NCBI GenBank assembly: GCA_021298085.1
Contig: JAJTDE010000005.1
Location: 456-64,455 of the forward strand
Source: Rubrivivax sp.
GTDB lineage: Bacteria; Pseudomonadota; Gammaproteobacteria; Burkholderiales; Burkholderiaceae_C
Length of the DNA stretch: 64,000 bases
Reading direction: 5' to 3'
Shown here: one piece after another, positions 28,659 to 38,163 of the stretch
Position numbering within the stretch: position 1 is the stretch's first letter
How the letters are laid out: the number at the start of each line of letters is the position of its first letter
The notes under the pieces: model-generated
What the model was told of the DNA's origin: nothing
The model's database searches: none
Seen by the model: only the letters and a program-made list of their open reading frames with translations
Program-made: the position numbers and the translations under genes

Positions 28659-29753
28659 TCACGGCATCTGCAGCGTGAACCGCGTCTGGGCCTCCGCCTG
28701 GCCGTTGATCAGCAGCACCAGGCCTTGTTCGCCGGCGTAGTAGCGCCGCGTGCTGATGGGCTTGATGGGGTGCTGGCGGGTGAGCACGCAGCGCTCGCCC
28801 GGCTGCAGCTCGCGTTGCCAGCCCTTGAAGACCTTGGGCGCCAGGCGACCGTCGGCCTTGCGGAAGTGCATCGCATAGTCCAGCAGCAGGCGCTGCGGCC
28901 CGGCCTCGCGGCTGGCCACCAGCGTGACGGTGATCGCCAGCGAGCCGCCCAGGCTCAGCGTGTGGGGCGCCACGTCCAGCCGGGCCTGGCCGGCCCACGC
29001 CGCGCCCACGCCCCAGAGGTCCAGCACCTCGGGGTGGCCCTGCTTGATCAGGCTGCGGCTGGCATGGCGCAGCAACACACGCCGGTGCTCGCTGGCCCCG
29101 GGCAGGTGCTGCCGCAGCCAGTCGACCAGCCGCGCCGGGTGGTCCTTGGCGATGTCGTTCAGGTGGTTGGCGACGCTGCGGCGGACGTATTCGCTGGCGT
29201 CGTCCTGCAGCGTGCGCAGCAGGGGCAGGCTGGGCGAAGGGTCCTGCACCAGGGGTTGCAGGCGTTCACCCCAGGGCAGGCGCGGGCGTGTGCCCTCGCT
29301 GACCAAGCGCCGCACATGCTCGTTCGGGTCGCTCGCCCAGCGCGCGAGGGTGCCAAAGACGAGCTCCGGGTGCCGCAGGACAAACGGGCGGATGGCCCAT
29401 TCGGCGGTGAAGCCCTGCGTCAGCCGGTGCAGTGTGCGCAAGGCCCGCTCGGGGTGGTCCAGGCCGTGGCGGCTCACCACCGACCCCACGGGCCACAGTG
29501 CCCAGCCGCGCAGGCCGTCGTCGCCGGCCATGGCGGTGTCCAGCACCGCGGCGCAGTCGTCAAAGCGGGCTGGCAGCCGTGCCTGCAGCGCATCGGCCAG
29601 GTGCTCGGCACGTGCCTTCAGGGGCAGGGCATCGAGCCCCGCCAGGGCCTGTGCCTCAAAGCCCGGCCGGTCAAAGGCTGGCCAGGCCCGCTGCAATTGC
29701 CGGCCGATGGCTTCCACGGCCTCGGCCCCCAGCAGGTGCTTCAGGGGCTCCAC
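28659..29753 (-). CDS. DNA alkylation repair protein (AlkD/AlkC-like HEAT repeat) with C-terminal beta domain
   Basis: FTAEWAIRPF, HVRRLVSEGTRPRLPW, D.SEYVRRSVANHLNDI.K; GTG start. Confidence 0.82.
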   Translation of the reverse strand: MEPLKHLLGAEAVEAIGRQLQRAWPAFDRPGFEAQALAGLDALPLKARAEHLADALQARLPARFDDCAAVLDTAMAGDDGLRGWALWPVGSVVSRHGLDHPERALRTLHRLTQGFTAEWAIRPFVLRHPELVFGTLARWASDPNEHVRRLVSEGTRPRLPWGERLQPLVQDPSPSLPLLRTLQDDASEYVRRSVANHLNDIAKDHPARLVDWLRQHLPGASEHRRVLLRHASRSLIKQGHPEVLDLWGVGAAWAGQARLDVAPHTLSLGGSLAITVTLVASREAGPQRLLLDYAMHFRKADGRLAPKVFKGWQRELQPGERCVLTRQHPIKPISTRRYYAGEQGLVLLINGQAEAQTRFTLQMP

Positions 29754-29811
29754 GCCTCAGGCCCAGCGTCGCGCCGCCCAGGCGCGGGTGTCCGGCCCGA
29801 CGCGCACCACG

Positions 29812-31275
29812 TCAGGCGGTGCCGCCGACGGTCAGGCCCTCGATCCGCAGGGTCGGCTGGCCGACACCCACGGGCACGCTCTGCCCGTCCTTGCCGCACA
29901 CACCGACACCGGTGTCGAGCTCCATGTCGTTGCCGATCATGGTCACGCGCTTGAGCGCCTCGGGCCCGTTGCCGATGATGGTGGCGCCCTTGACGGGGTA
30001 GAGGATCTTGCCCTTTTCGACCCAGAAGGCCTCGCTGGCGGAGAAGACAAACTTGCCGCTGGTGATGTCCACCTGCCCGCCGCCAAAGTTGGTGGCGTAC
30101 AGGCCGCGCTCGATGCTGGCGACGATCTCGTCGCGGCTGCGCTGGCCGCCGAGCATGTAGGTGTTGGTCATGCGGGGCATGGGCACGTGCGCATAACTTT
30201 CGCGGCGGCCATTGCCGGTGGGCTTGACGCCCATCAGGCGGGCATTGAGGCTGTCCTGGATGTAGCCCTTGAGGATGCCGTCCTCGATCAGCACGTTGCG
30301 TTGTGACGCATGGCCCTCGTCGTCGACATTCAGCGAGCCGCGGCGGTCGGGCAGGGTGCCGTCGTCCAGCACCGTGACGCCCTTGGCGGCCACCCGCTGG
30401 CCGATGCGGCCGGCAAAAACGCTGGAGCCCTTGCGGTTGAAATCGCCTTCCAGGCCGTGGCCGACGGCTTCGTGCAGCAGCACACCAGGCCAGCCCGGGC
30501 CCAGCACCACGGTCATGGCGCCAGCCGGCGCCGGGCGGCTTTCCAGGTTGGTCAGCGCCGCCTTGACGGCGTGATCGACATAGCTGGCGAGGATGTCGTC
30601 GCTGAAGGCGCCCAGGCCGAAGCGGCCGCCACCCCCGCCCGAGCCCACCTCACGACGGCCATTCTGTTCGGCGATGACGGTGACACTCACGCGCACCAGC
30701 GGGCGCACATCGGCCGCGCGCGTGCCGTCGGCGCGGGCCACCAGCACCACATCGTGTTCCGCGGCCACACCCGCCATGACCTGCACGATGCGAGGGTCCT
30801 TGGCGCGGGCCATGCGTTCCACGCGCTCCAGCAGCGCCACCTTTTGGGCGCTGTCCAGGCTGCCGATGGGGTCTGTCGGGCCGTAGAGGCTGCGGCTGGC
30901 CGACACCTTGGTCTTGGCCGGCACACGCACCCGCCGCGTCTGCCCGGCCGCCGCGATGGTGCGCACGGTGCGGGCGGCGTCCATCAGGGCCGCTTCTGAC
31001 AGGTCGTCGGAGTAGGCAAAGGCGGTCTTCTCGCCGGCCACGGCCCGCACGCCGACGCCCTGGTCGATGCTGAAGCTGCCGCTCTTGACGATGCCTTCTT
31101 CCAGGCTCCAGCCCTCGTGCCGGGTGGTCTGGAAGTACAGGTCGGCGTCGTCCACGCGGTGTTCACGGATGGTGGCCAGCGCGCGCGACAGCACGGCCTC
31201 GTCCAGGCCGAAGGGCTCCAGCATCAGCGACTGGGCAGTGGCCAGGCGTTCAAGGGTGGGTTCGCGGGAGATCAT
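29812..31275 (-). CDS. tldD: Metalloprotease TldD
   Basis: GVGVRAVAGEK, LLHEAVGHGLEGD (HExxxH), G.LNVDDEG, RMTNTYM, GGGQVD. Confidence 0.96.
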   Translation of the reverse strand: MISREPTLERLATAQSLMLEPFGLDEAVLSRALATIREHRVDDADLYFQTTRHEGWSLEEGIVKSGSFSIDQGVGVRAVAGEKTAFAYSDDLSEAALMDAARTVRTIAAAGQTRRVRVPAKTKVSASRSLYGPTDPIGSLDSAQKVALLERVERMARAKDPRIVQVMAGVAAEHDVVLVARADGTRAADVRPLVRVSVTVIAEQNGRREVGSGGGGGRFGLGAFSDDILASYVDHAVKAALTNLESRPAPAGAMTVVLGPGWPGVLLHEAVGHGLEGDFNRKGSSVFAGRIGQRVAAKGVTVLDDGTLPDRRGSLNVDDEGHASQRNVLIEDGILKGYIQDSLNARLMGVKPTGNGRRESYAHVPMPRMTNTYMLGGQRSRDEIVASIERGLYATNFGGGQVDITSGKFVFSASEAFWVEKGKILYPVKGATIIGNGPEALKRVTMIGNDMELDTGVGVCGKDGQSVPVGVGQPTLRIEGLTVGGTA

Positions 31276-31347
31276 GGGCACGGTGTCCGATCGAAGGATT
31301 CGGGAAAGTCTGATTCTAGGAAGGCCGATGGCCTTGTGGGTGACGCA

Positions 31348-32316
31348 TCAACCCTTCAGGCGCAAGGCCGCCTGGTACAACTGGTTGCGACCCAGGCCGC
31401 TGACCTTGACGGCCAGGCCGACGGCTTGTTTGAGCGGGAGCTCTTCGAGCAAGGCGCTCAGGAGGCGCTGCACGTCGGGCGCCAAGGGTGCTTCAGCCTC
31501 GCTGCCTGGTGCGCTGGCGTCGGCCGCTGACGCTGACGCTGCGGCGGGGCGCGCACGGGCATGCAGCACCAGGACGAACTCGCCGCGCTGGCGCTGCGGG
31601 TCGGCGTCGAACCAGCCGGGCAGGCCCTCGAGGGCCAGCGTGTCGACCTGCTCGAACTGCTTGGTCAGTTCCCGGCACACCGTGATTCGCCTGGCCAGCG
31701 CCTCGGCGCCCAGGGCCTGTGCGGCAGCCTGCAGTTCCCGCGCCAGGGCCTGGATGCGGTGGGGCGCTTCGAACAGGATCTGCGTGCCCGCGTCGTCCAG
31801 GCAGGCCCGCAGGGCCTGTTCACGGGCTGCGCCCTTGGCCGGCGCAAAACCGCGCAGGCGAAAGCCCTCGCCCTGCACGTCACCGGCCACGCTGAGGGCT
31901 GCCAGGGCACTGCTCGGGCCGGGGATGGGGATCACGCGGTAGCCAGCCTCCCGCACCGCGGCCACCAGCGCGGCGCCCGGGTCGCTGACGGCAGGGGTGC
32001 CGGCATCGCTCACATAGGCCACCCGCTGGCCCTGCGCGAGCCGCGCACAGACACCCTCGGCGGCCTGGTGTTCGTTATGGGCGTGCACCGCCATCAGCGG
32101 CTTGTGCAGGCCGATGTGGCGCAGCAGCGCGGCGCTGTGGCGGGTGTCTTCGCAGGCCACGCTGTCCACCCGGGCCAGCACGTGCAGCGCCCGCAGCGTG
32201 ATGTCGGCCAGGTTGCCGATGGGGGTGGCCACGACGTAGAGCGCGGCTGCGGGATACTGCTGCCCACCGGCCGCGTCTTCGGCGGCCTGCAGCAAGGTCA
32301 GTGCAGGGATGGTCAC
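31348..32316 (-). CDS. rsmI: 16S rRNA (cytidine(1402)-2'-O)-methyltransferase RsmI
   Basis: LYVVATPIGNLADIT.RAL, CEDTRHS, SDAGTPAVSDPG, FEAPHRI, RELTK.FE, GEFVLV. Confidence 0.95.
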   Translation of the reverse strand: MTIPALTLLQAAEDAAGGQQYPAAALYVVATPIGNLADITLRALHVLARVDSVACEDTRHSAALLRHIGLHKPLMAVHAHNEHQAAEGVCARLAQGQRVAYVSDAGTPAVSDPGAALVAAVREAGYRVIPIPGPSSALAALSVAGDVQGEGFRLRGFAPAKGAAREQALRACLDDAGTQILFEAPHRIQALARELQAAAQALGAEALARRITVCRELTKQFEQVDTLALEGLPGWFDADPQRQRGEFVLVLHARARPAAASASAADASAPGSEAEAPLAPDVQRLLSALLEELPLKQAVGLAVKVSGLGRNQLYQAALRLKG

Positions 32317-32704
32317 AGGAACTCCGGGCTTGGCCGGGAACAATGCCGCGGCAGGTGCAGCCGCCGAAGAGCAGGCCCTGCAACACCTGCTGGCCCAGGG
32401 CTTGGTGCTGGTCGAGCGTAATTATCGGGTCGCGCGCGGCCCGTCGGCGCGCGGTGGCGAGATCGACCTCATCCTGCGCGACGTCGACGGCACGCTGGTG
32501 TTTGTCGAGGTGCGGGAAAGGGCTGATGGCCGGCATGGTGGCGCAGCGGCCAGCGTCGGGGCCCGCAAGCAGCAGCGCATCATCCGTGCCGCGCAGCATT
32601 ACCTGATGCGTCAGCCCTCGCAGGCCGTGGCCTGCCGCTTCGATGTGGTGGCCATCGATGGCGATGTGCTCAGCTGGATACCGGGCGCCTTCCTAGCGCG
32701 CTGA
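32309..32704 (+). CDS. yraN: YraN family protein (UPF0102 putative endonuclease)
   Basis: G..AE..A..HL...GL..VERN, GEIDLI, VFVEVR, CRFDVVAI. Confidence 0.9.
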   Translation: MVTGTPGLAGNNAAAGAAAEEQALQHLLAQGLVLVERNYRVARGPSARGGEIDLILRDVDGTLVFVEVRERADGRHGGAAASVGARKQQRIIRAAQHYLMRQPSQAVACRFDVVAIDGDVLSWIPGAFLAR

Positions 32705-32775
32705 TGCCGATACGGCATGGGGTGCTTTGCGCCCTTGCCGGGGAACCCGGGTGCCAGGGCACTGTCTTATGATGC

Positions 32776-33342
32776 ATGCTCATGCTAGAACAGCGCATTC
32801 AGCAACAGTTCTACGAAGCGGCCGATCTGCACAACCTCGCAGCCCAGGAGATGGCGCGCCCATTGGCCCTGGCTGCTGAGCTTCTGGCGGCCTGCATCAC
32901 CGCCGGCGGCAAGTTGATGGTCGTCGGCAGTGGCGTCGGTCAGGTGTTAGCCCCGGTGATGTCGCTGCTGCTGTCGGGCCGCTTCGAACGGGACCGCCCG
33001 CCCCTGGCCGCACTCTCGCTGCGCGACGACAGCGTGGCCAGCCTGGCCCAACAGGTGGCCGCATTGGCCCAGCCCGGCGACCTGCTGCTGTTGCTGGATG
33101 GCGAAGGGCCATCGCAATCCCTGCTCGACGCCGCGCACGCGGCACATGCGGCCGAACTGTCGCTGGTGGTGATGTGCGCGGCCTCGCGCACGCTGTGGCG
33201 CGAGGTGCTGGCTGAAACCGATGTCCTGCTGGCCGTACCGCACGAACGTGCAGCGCGGCTGAGCGAGCTGCAACTGCTCATGCTGCATGCGCTGTGTGAT
33301 GCCGTGGATCTTCAATTGATGGGTGAACAGGAATCGCCATGA
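32776..33342 (+). CDS. SIS-domain protein (GmhA/DiaA-like), degenerate active site
   Basis: GGKLMVVG.G, GRFERDRPPLAALSL, AQPGDLLL, LHALCD; canonical position between yraN and BON gene. Confidence 0.8.
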   Translation: MLMLEQRIQQQFYEAADLHNLAAQEMARPLALAAELLAACITAGGKLMVVGSGVGQVLAPVMSLLLSGRFERDRPPLAALSLRDDSVASLAQQVAALAQPGDLLLLLDGEGPSQSLLDAAHAAHAAELSLVVMCAASRTLWREVLAETDVLLAVPHERAARLSELQLLMLHALCDAVDLQLMGEQESP

Positions 33343-34034
33343 CACAACACCATGACCCCCTCTCTCGCCAGGCCGTGCCCGGGCGGCGCACGGCGCGGCT
33401 CAGCCGTGGCGCGGTGCTGCTGGTGCTGGCCGCGTCCAGTGTCATCGGCTCAGCCTGCGCACCCCTGGTGCTGGGCGGGGCGGTGGTGGGTGGCGCACTG
33501 ATGGCCTCGGACCGCCGCACCGCAGGCACGCAGGTCGAGGACCAGAGCATCGAGCTGAAGGCCTCCAGCCGCATCCGGCAGGCCGTGGGTGACCGCGGCC
33601 ACATCAACGTGACCAGCTACAACCGGATGGTGCTGATCACCGGCGAAGCCGCCAGTGACGCCGACAAGTCGGCCATCGAACAGGCGGTCAGGGCGGTGGA
33701 AAACGTGCGTTCGGTCGTCAATGAGCTGGCCGTGATGGGCGCCAGTTCCATGACGTCCCGCTCCAACGACACCCTGGTCAGCACCCGCATCAAGGCGGCC
33801 TATGTCGACGCCAAGGACGTCCAGGCCAATGTCATCAAGGTGGTCACCGAGCGGGGCATCGTCCACCTGATGGGGCGTGTCACTGAACGTGAAGCGGCGC
33901 GTGCCACCGAGGTCGCCCGTGCCGTCAACGGCGTGCTGAAGGTGGTGCGGGTCTTCGACATCATCAGCGAGGCCGAGCTGGCGGCCATGACCAGCAGCGG
34001 CATGCCGGCAGCGCCCGCACCGGCGCCGCGCTGA
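33339..34034 (+). CDS. Dual BON-domain lipoprotein (DolP/YraP-like)
   Basis: Lipobox-like GSAC, DRRT.G.QVED..IE, two BON repeats (VLITGE; VHLMGRV). Confidence 0.88.
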   Translation: MTQHHDPLSRQAVPGRRTARLSRGAVLLVLAASSVIGSACAPLVLGGAVVGGALMASDRRTAGTQVEDQSIELKASSRIRQAVGDRGHINVTSYNRMVLITGEAASDADKSAIEQAVRAVENVRSVVNELAVMGASSMTSRSNDTLVSTRIKAAYVDAKDVQANVIKVVTERGIVHLMGRVTEREAARATEVARAVNGVLKVVRVFDIISEAELAAMTSSGMPAAPAPAPR

Positions 34035-34949
34035 TCAGGCAGGCTTGCTGAAGCGGGTGATCAGGCTGGAGGTGTCCCAGCGGCCGCCGCCGGCCGCCTG
34101 CACATCGGCGTAGAACTGGTCCACCAGCGCCGTCACCGGCGTGGTGGCGCCATTGCGGCGCGCTTCTTCCAGCACCAGGCCCAGGTCCTTGCGCATCCAG
34201 TCGACGGCAAAGCCGAAGTTGAACTGGCCGTCCACCATGGTCTTGCCGCGGTTGTCCATCTGCCAGCTCTGCGCCGCGCCCTTGCCAATGACGTCCAGCA
34301 CCAGCTTCATGTCCAGGCCGGCGTGCTGCCCGAACTGGATGGCTTCTGACAAGGCCTGCACCAGCCCGGCGATGGCGATCTGGTTGACCATCTTGGCCAG
34401 CTGACCGCTGCCGCTGTCACCGATGCGGGTCATGGCCTTGGCCATGGCCATGGCCACCGGCTTGACGCTGTCGAAGGCGGCGGCATCACCGCCGCACATG
34501 ATGGTCAGTGCCCCGTTGACGGCACCGGCCTGGCCGCCCGAGACCGGCGCGTCGATGAAGTGCAGGCCCATGCCGGAGGCGCTGGCACACAGGGACCGCG
34601 CCACTTCGGCCGACGCGGTGGTGTGGTCAACAAACACTGCGCCACGCGGCATGCCCGCGAAGGCGCCCTGTTCACCCAGGGTGACCGAGCGCAGGTCATC
34701 GTCGTTGCCCACGCAGGCAAAGACGATCTCTGCCCCGCCGCCAGACTGCGCGGCCGCCAGCGGCGTGGCCGCCATCTGGCCACCGTATTCGGCCACCCAG
34801 GCGTGCGCCTTGGCTGCCGTGCGGTTGTAGACGGTGACGTGGTGACCGGCGCGTGCCAGGTGGCCGGCCATGGGATACCCCATCACGCCCAGGCCCAGGA
34901 AGGCCACACGGCGGGGGGGAATGCTGTCGTAGGTGCGGGGTGCGTTCAT
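34035..34949 (-). CDS. NAD(P)-dependent oxidoreductase, 3-hydroxyisobutyrate dehydrogenase family
   Basis: AFLGLGVMGYPMA, VYNRT, DAPVSGGQAGA, KMVNQI, F..DWMRKDL. Confidence 0.9.
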   Translation of the reverse strand: MNAPRTYDSIPPRRVAFLGLGVMGYPMAGHLARAGHHVTVYNRTAAKAHAWVAEYGGQMAATPLAAAQSGGGAEIVFACVGNDDDLRSVTLGEQGAFAGMPRGAVFVDHTTASAEVARSLCASASGMGLHFIDAPVSGGQAGAVNGALTIMCGGDAAAFDSVKPVAMAMAKAMTRIGDSGSGQLAKMVNQIAIAGLVQALSEAIQFGQHAGLDMKLVLDVIGKGAAQSWQMDNRGKTMVDGQFNFGFAVDWMRKDLGLVLEEARRNGATTPVTALVDQFYADVQAAGGGRWDTSSLITRFSKPA

Positions 34950-35016
34950 GGCGCGGAATGCTGCCATGAATCGGCCGCGCGTGTGCGCGCCACCCCGCTC
35001 AGGGCCGCGGGCGGCT

Positions 35017-36153
35017 TCAGACGATCTTCAGGTGCTCGGTGCCTTCGGACAGGTCGGCCTTCTGCGAACGACGGCTGTTGAGCTTGATGTTCAGGCGCAG
35101 GTCGTTCACCGAGTCGGCCGAGCGCAGCGCGTCTTCGTAGGTGATGTGGTTGGCTTCGTACAGGTCGAACAGCGATTGGTCGAAGGTCTGCATGCCCAGC
35201 TCGCGCGAACGCTTCATCAGGTCCTTCACCTCGGTGACCTCACCCTTGAAGATCAGGTCGGCCATCAGCGGCGAGTTCAGCATCACCTCCACCGCCGCGA
35301 TGCGACCGCGGCCCTGCTGGCGGGCCAACAGGCGCAGCGACACGATGGCCTTGAGGTTCAGCGAGAGGTCCATCAGCAATTGCTGGCGGCGCTCTTCGGG
35401 GAAGAAGTTGATCATGCGGTCCAGCGCCTGGTTGGCGCTGTTGGCGTGCAGCGTGGCGACGCACAGGTGCCCGGTCTCAGCGAAGGCCACGGCGTGGTCC
35501 ATCGACTCGCGGTCCCGGATCTCGCCCATCAGGATGACGTCGGGCGCCTGCCGCAGCGCATTCTTCAGCGCTACTTCCCAGCTGTCGGTGTCGATGCCCA
35601 GTTCGCGCTGCGTGACGATGCAGTTCTTGTGCGGGTGCACAAACTCCACCGGGTCTTCGATGGTGACGATGTGGCCGTAGGAGTTTTCGTTGCGCCAGTC
35701 CACCAGGGCTGCCAGCGAGGTGCTCTTGCCGGCGCCGGTGGCGCCCACAAAGATCACCAGGCCCCGCTGGGTCATGGCGATGTCCTTGAGCACACGGGGC
35801 AGGCCCAGGGTGTCGATGGTGGGCAGCGTGGCGGGGATGGTCCGGAACACCAGCCCGACGTTGCCCTGCTGCTGGAACGCGTTCACCCGGAAGCGGCCCA
35901 CGCCGCCCGGTGAGATGGCGAAGTTGCATTCGCGGGTGCGCTCGAACTCGGCCGCCTGCTTGTCGTTCATCACGGCGCGCGCCAGCTGCATCGTGTGCTG
36001 GCCGTTGAGCGCCTGCGGGCTCACCTTGGTGACCTTGCCGTCCACCTTCATGGCCGGGGGGAAGTCGGCGGTGAGGAAGAGGTCCGAGCCATTGCGCGCG
36101 ATCATCAGGCGCAGCAGGTCGTGGACAAACTTTGAGGCCTGGTCGCGTTCCAT
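35017..36153 (-). CDS. pilU: Type IV pilus retraction ATPase PilU
   Basis: GATGAGKSTS, TIEDPVE, ALRQAPDVILMGEIRD, TLHANSANQ. Confidence 0.94.
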   Translation of the reverse strand: MERDQASKFVHDLLRLMIARNGSDLFLTADFPPAMKVDGKVTKVSPQALNGQHTMQLARAVMNDKQAAEFERTRECNFAISPGGVGRFRVNAFQQQGNVGLVFRTIPATLPTIDTLGLPRVLKDIAMTQRGLVIFVGATGAGKSTSLAALVDWRNENSYGHIVTIEDPVEFVHPHKNCIVTQRELGIDTDSWEVALKNALRQAPDVILMGEIRDRESMDHAVAFAETGHLCVATLHANSANQALDRMINFFPEERRQQLLMDLSLNLKAIVSLRLLARQQGRGRIAAVEVMLNSPLMADLIFKGEVTEVKDLMKRSRELGMQTFDQSLFDLYEANHITYEDALRSADSVNDLRLNIKLNSRRSQKADLSEGTEHLKIV

Positions 36154-36191
36154 GTGCTCGCTTTCAGTCGGTTTGCTTGCGCGCGCCGTGC

Positions 36192-37235
36192 TCAGCCCGG
36201 GAAGTTCTCGGGGATCTTGGCCTTGGTGCGCGCCTCGGCGGCCGACACGAGGTTGCGCCTGACCAGATCGGACAGGTTCTGGTCCAGGGTCTGCATGCCG
36301 ATGTTCTGGCCGGTCTGGATGGCCGAGTACATCTGGGCGATCTTGTTTTCCCGGATCAGGTTCTTGATGGCCGAGGTGCCGATCATGATCTCGTGTGCGG
36401 CCACGCGGCCTTGCCCGTCCTTGGTCTTGCACAGGGTCTGCGAGATCACCGCCACGAGCGATTCCGACAGCATCGCGCGCACCATCTCCTTTTCGGCCGC
36501 CGGGAAGACGTCCACGATACGGTCGATGGTCTTGGCGGCCGAGCTGGTGTGCAGCGTGCCAAACACCAGGTGGCCGGTCTCGGCGGCGGTCAGGGCCAGG
36601 CGGATGGTTTCCAGGTCGCGCATTTCGCCCACCAGGATGGCGTCGGGGTCTTCACGCAGGGCTGAGCGCAGCGCGTTGGAAAAACTCTGGGTGTGCGGCC
36701 CCACTTCACGCTGGTTGATCAGGCACTTCTTGCTCTCGTGCACAAACTCGATCGGGTCCTCCACGGTGAGCACGTGGCCGTACTCGTTCTCGTTGAGGTG
36801 GTTGATCATCGCCGCCAGCGTGGTGCTCTTGCCCGAGCCGGTGGGCCCCGTCACCAGCACCATGCCGCGCGGCTTGAGCGCGAGCTCGGCGAAGATCTTC
36901 GGGGTATTGAGCTGTTCCAGCGTCAGGATCTTGCTCGGAATCGTCCTGAAGACGGCGCCGGCACCGCGGTTCTGGTTGAAGGCGTTGACCCGGAAGCGCG
37001 CCAGGCCCTGGATCTCGAAGCTGAAGTCGCACTCCAGCGTGTCCTCGTAGATCTTGCGCTGGGCGTCGTTCATGATGTCATAGACCATGTCATGGACCTG
37101 CTTGTGGTCCAGCGGTTCGACATTGATGCGACGCACATCGCCGTGCACCCGGATCATCGGCGGCAGGCCCGATGACAGGTGAAGGTCAGAGGCCTTGTTC
37201 TTGACGGAAAAAGCCAGCAGCTGGGTGATGTCCAT
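36192..37235 (-). CDS. pilT: Type IV pilus retraction ATPase PilT
   Basis: ASDLHLS, GPTGSGKSTT, ALREDPD.ILVGEMRD, AIKNLIRENK (AIRNLIRE motif). Confidence 0.96.
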   Translation of the reverse strand: MDITQLLAFSVKNKASDLHLSSGLPPMIRVHGDVRRINVEPLDHKQVHDMVYDIMNDAQRKIYEDTLECDFSFEIQGLARFRVNAFNQNRGAGAVFRTIPSKILTLEQLNTPKIFAELALKPRGMVLVTGPTGSGKSTTLAAMINHLNENEYGHVLTVEDPIEFVHESKKCLINQREVGPHTQSFSNALRSALREDPDAILVGEMRDLETIRLALTAAETGHLVFGTLHTSSAAKTIDRIVDVFPAAEKEMVRAMLSESLVAVISQTLCKTKDGQGRVAAHEIMIGTSAIKNLIRENKIAQMYSAIQTGQNIGMQTLDQNLSDLVRRNLVSAAEARTKAKIPENFPG

Positions 37236-37341
37236 GGTCGGGTAGGGTCAGGCACAAAAGAGCACAGGCCCCATGTGCAGGCGGGTGACACAACACTGCA
37301 GGCAGACGCCAGCGGCGGCAAGGCGTTTAAGCTCGGGGATT

Positions 37342-38163
37342 ATGCAAACCATCGACACGCAGCTGCAACTCGTGAAGGGTCGCCTTTCGCAAGCATGTGC
37401 AAACGCCGGGCGCAGCGTGGACGAGGTCACGCTGCTGGCTGTCAGCAAGCTGCAGCCGGCGGCCGCCGTGCGCCAGGCGCACGCGGCCGGACTGCGCGCC
37501 TTCGGCGAGAACTACGTGCAGGAAGGGCTGGACAAGGTGGCGCAGCTGGCCGATCTGCGCCCTTCCATCGAGTGGCACCTGATCGGGCCCTTGCAGAGCA
37601 ACAAGACTCGCCCCGTGGCCGAGCAGTTCGACTGGGTGCACAGCGTCGACCGCCTGAAGATCGCCCAGCGCCTGGCCGAGCAGCGGCCTGCTGGCCTGGC
37701 GCCCTTGAACATCTGCTTGCAAGTCAATGTCAGCGCTGAGCCCAGCAAACACGGCGTGCTGCCCGCTGAATTGCCCGCGCTGGCGCTGGCCGTGGCCCGG
37801 CTGGCCGCCGAGCAGCCGCAACGCCTGCGCCTGCGTGGGCTGATGAGCATCCCGGAGCCGGCCCAGGGTGACGAGGCCCAGCGCCGGCCTCACCGGGCGC
37901 TGAAGGCGCTGTGGGCGCAGCTGAAGGCCCAGGGGCTGGACCTGGATACGCTGTCCATGGGCATGAGCGCTGACCTGGAAGCCGCGGTGGCCGAAGGCTC
38001 CACCCTGGTGCGGGTGGGCACGGCCCTGTTTGGCGAGCGGCCGATCAAGCCCGAGACGGCTGCCGCGGTGGCCACTGACCGGCCCTGCGGCTGGCCGCCC
38101 GATGCGCGCGGCTCCCCGGCCGTCAGTTCAGGTACATCCCCAGGTAACGCCGGCCATAACTGA
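37342..38163 (+). CDS. yggS: PLP homeostasis protein YggS with 40-aa C-terminal extension
   Basis: LLAVSK, FGENYVQE, WHLIGPLQSNK, LSMGMS.D, VRVGTALFGER. Confidence 0.93.
   Translation: MQTIDTQLQLVKGRLSQACANAGRSVDEVTLLAVSKLQPAAAVRQAHAAGLRAFGENYVQEGLDKVAQLADLRPSIEWHLIGPLQSNKTRPVAEQFDWVHSVDRLKIAQRLAEQRPAGLAPLNICLQVNVSAEPSKHGVLPAELPALALAVARLAAEQPQRLRLRGLMSIPEPAQGDEAQRRPHRALKALWAQLKAQGLDLDTLSMGMSADLEAAVAEGSTLVRVGTALFGERPIKPETAAAVATDRPCGWPPDARGSPAVSSGTSPGNAGHN

Noticed and set aside
32309-32316. Overlapping divergent starts of rsmI and yraN as a novel arrangement
   Set aside because: Start codons are uncertain and tight head-to-head rsmI/yraN packing is ordinary for this conserved locus
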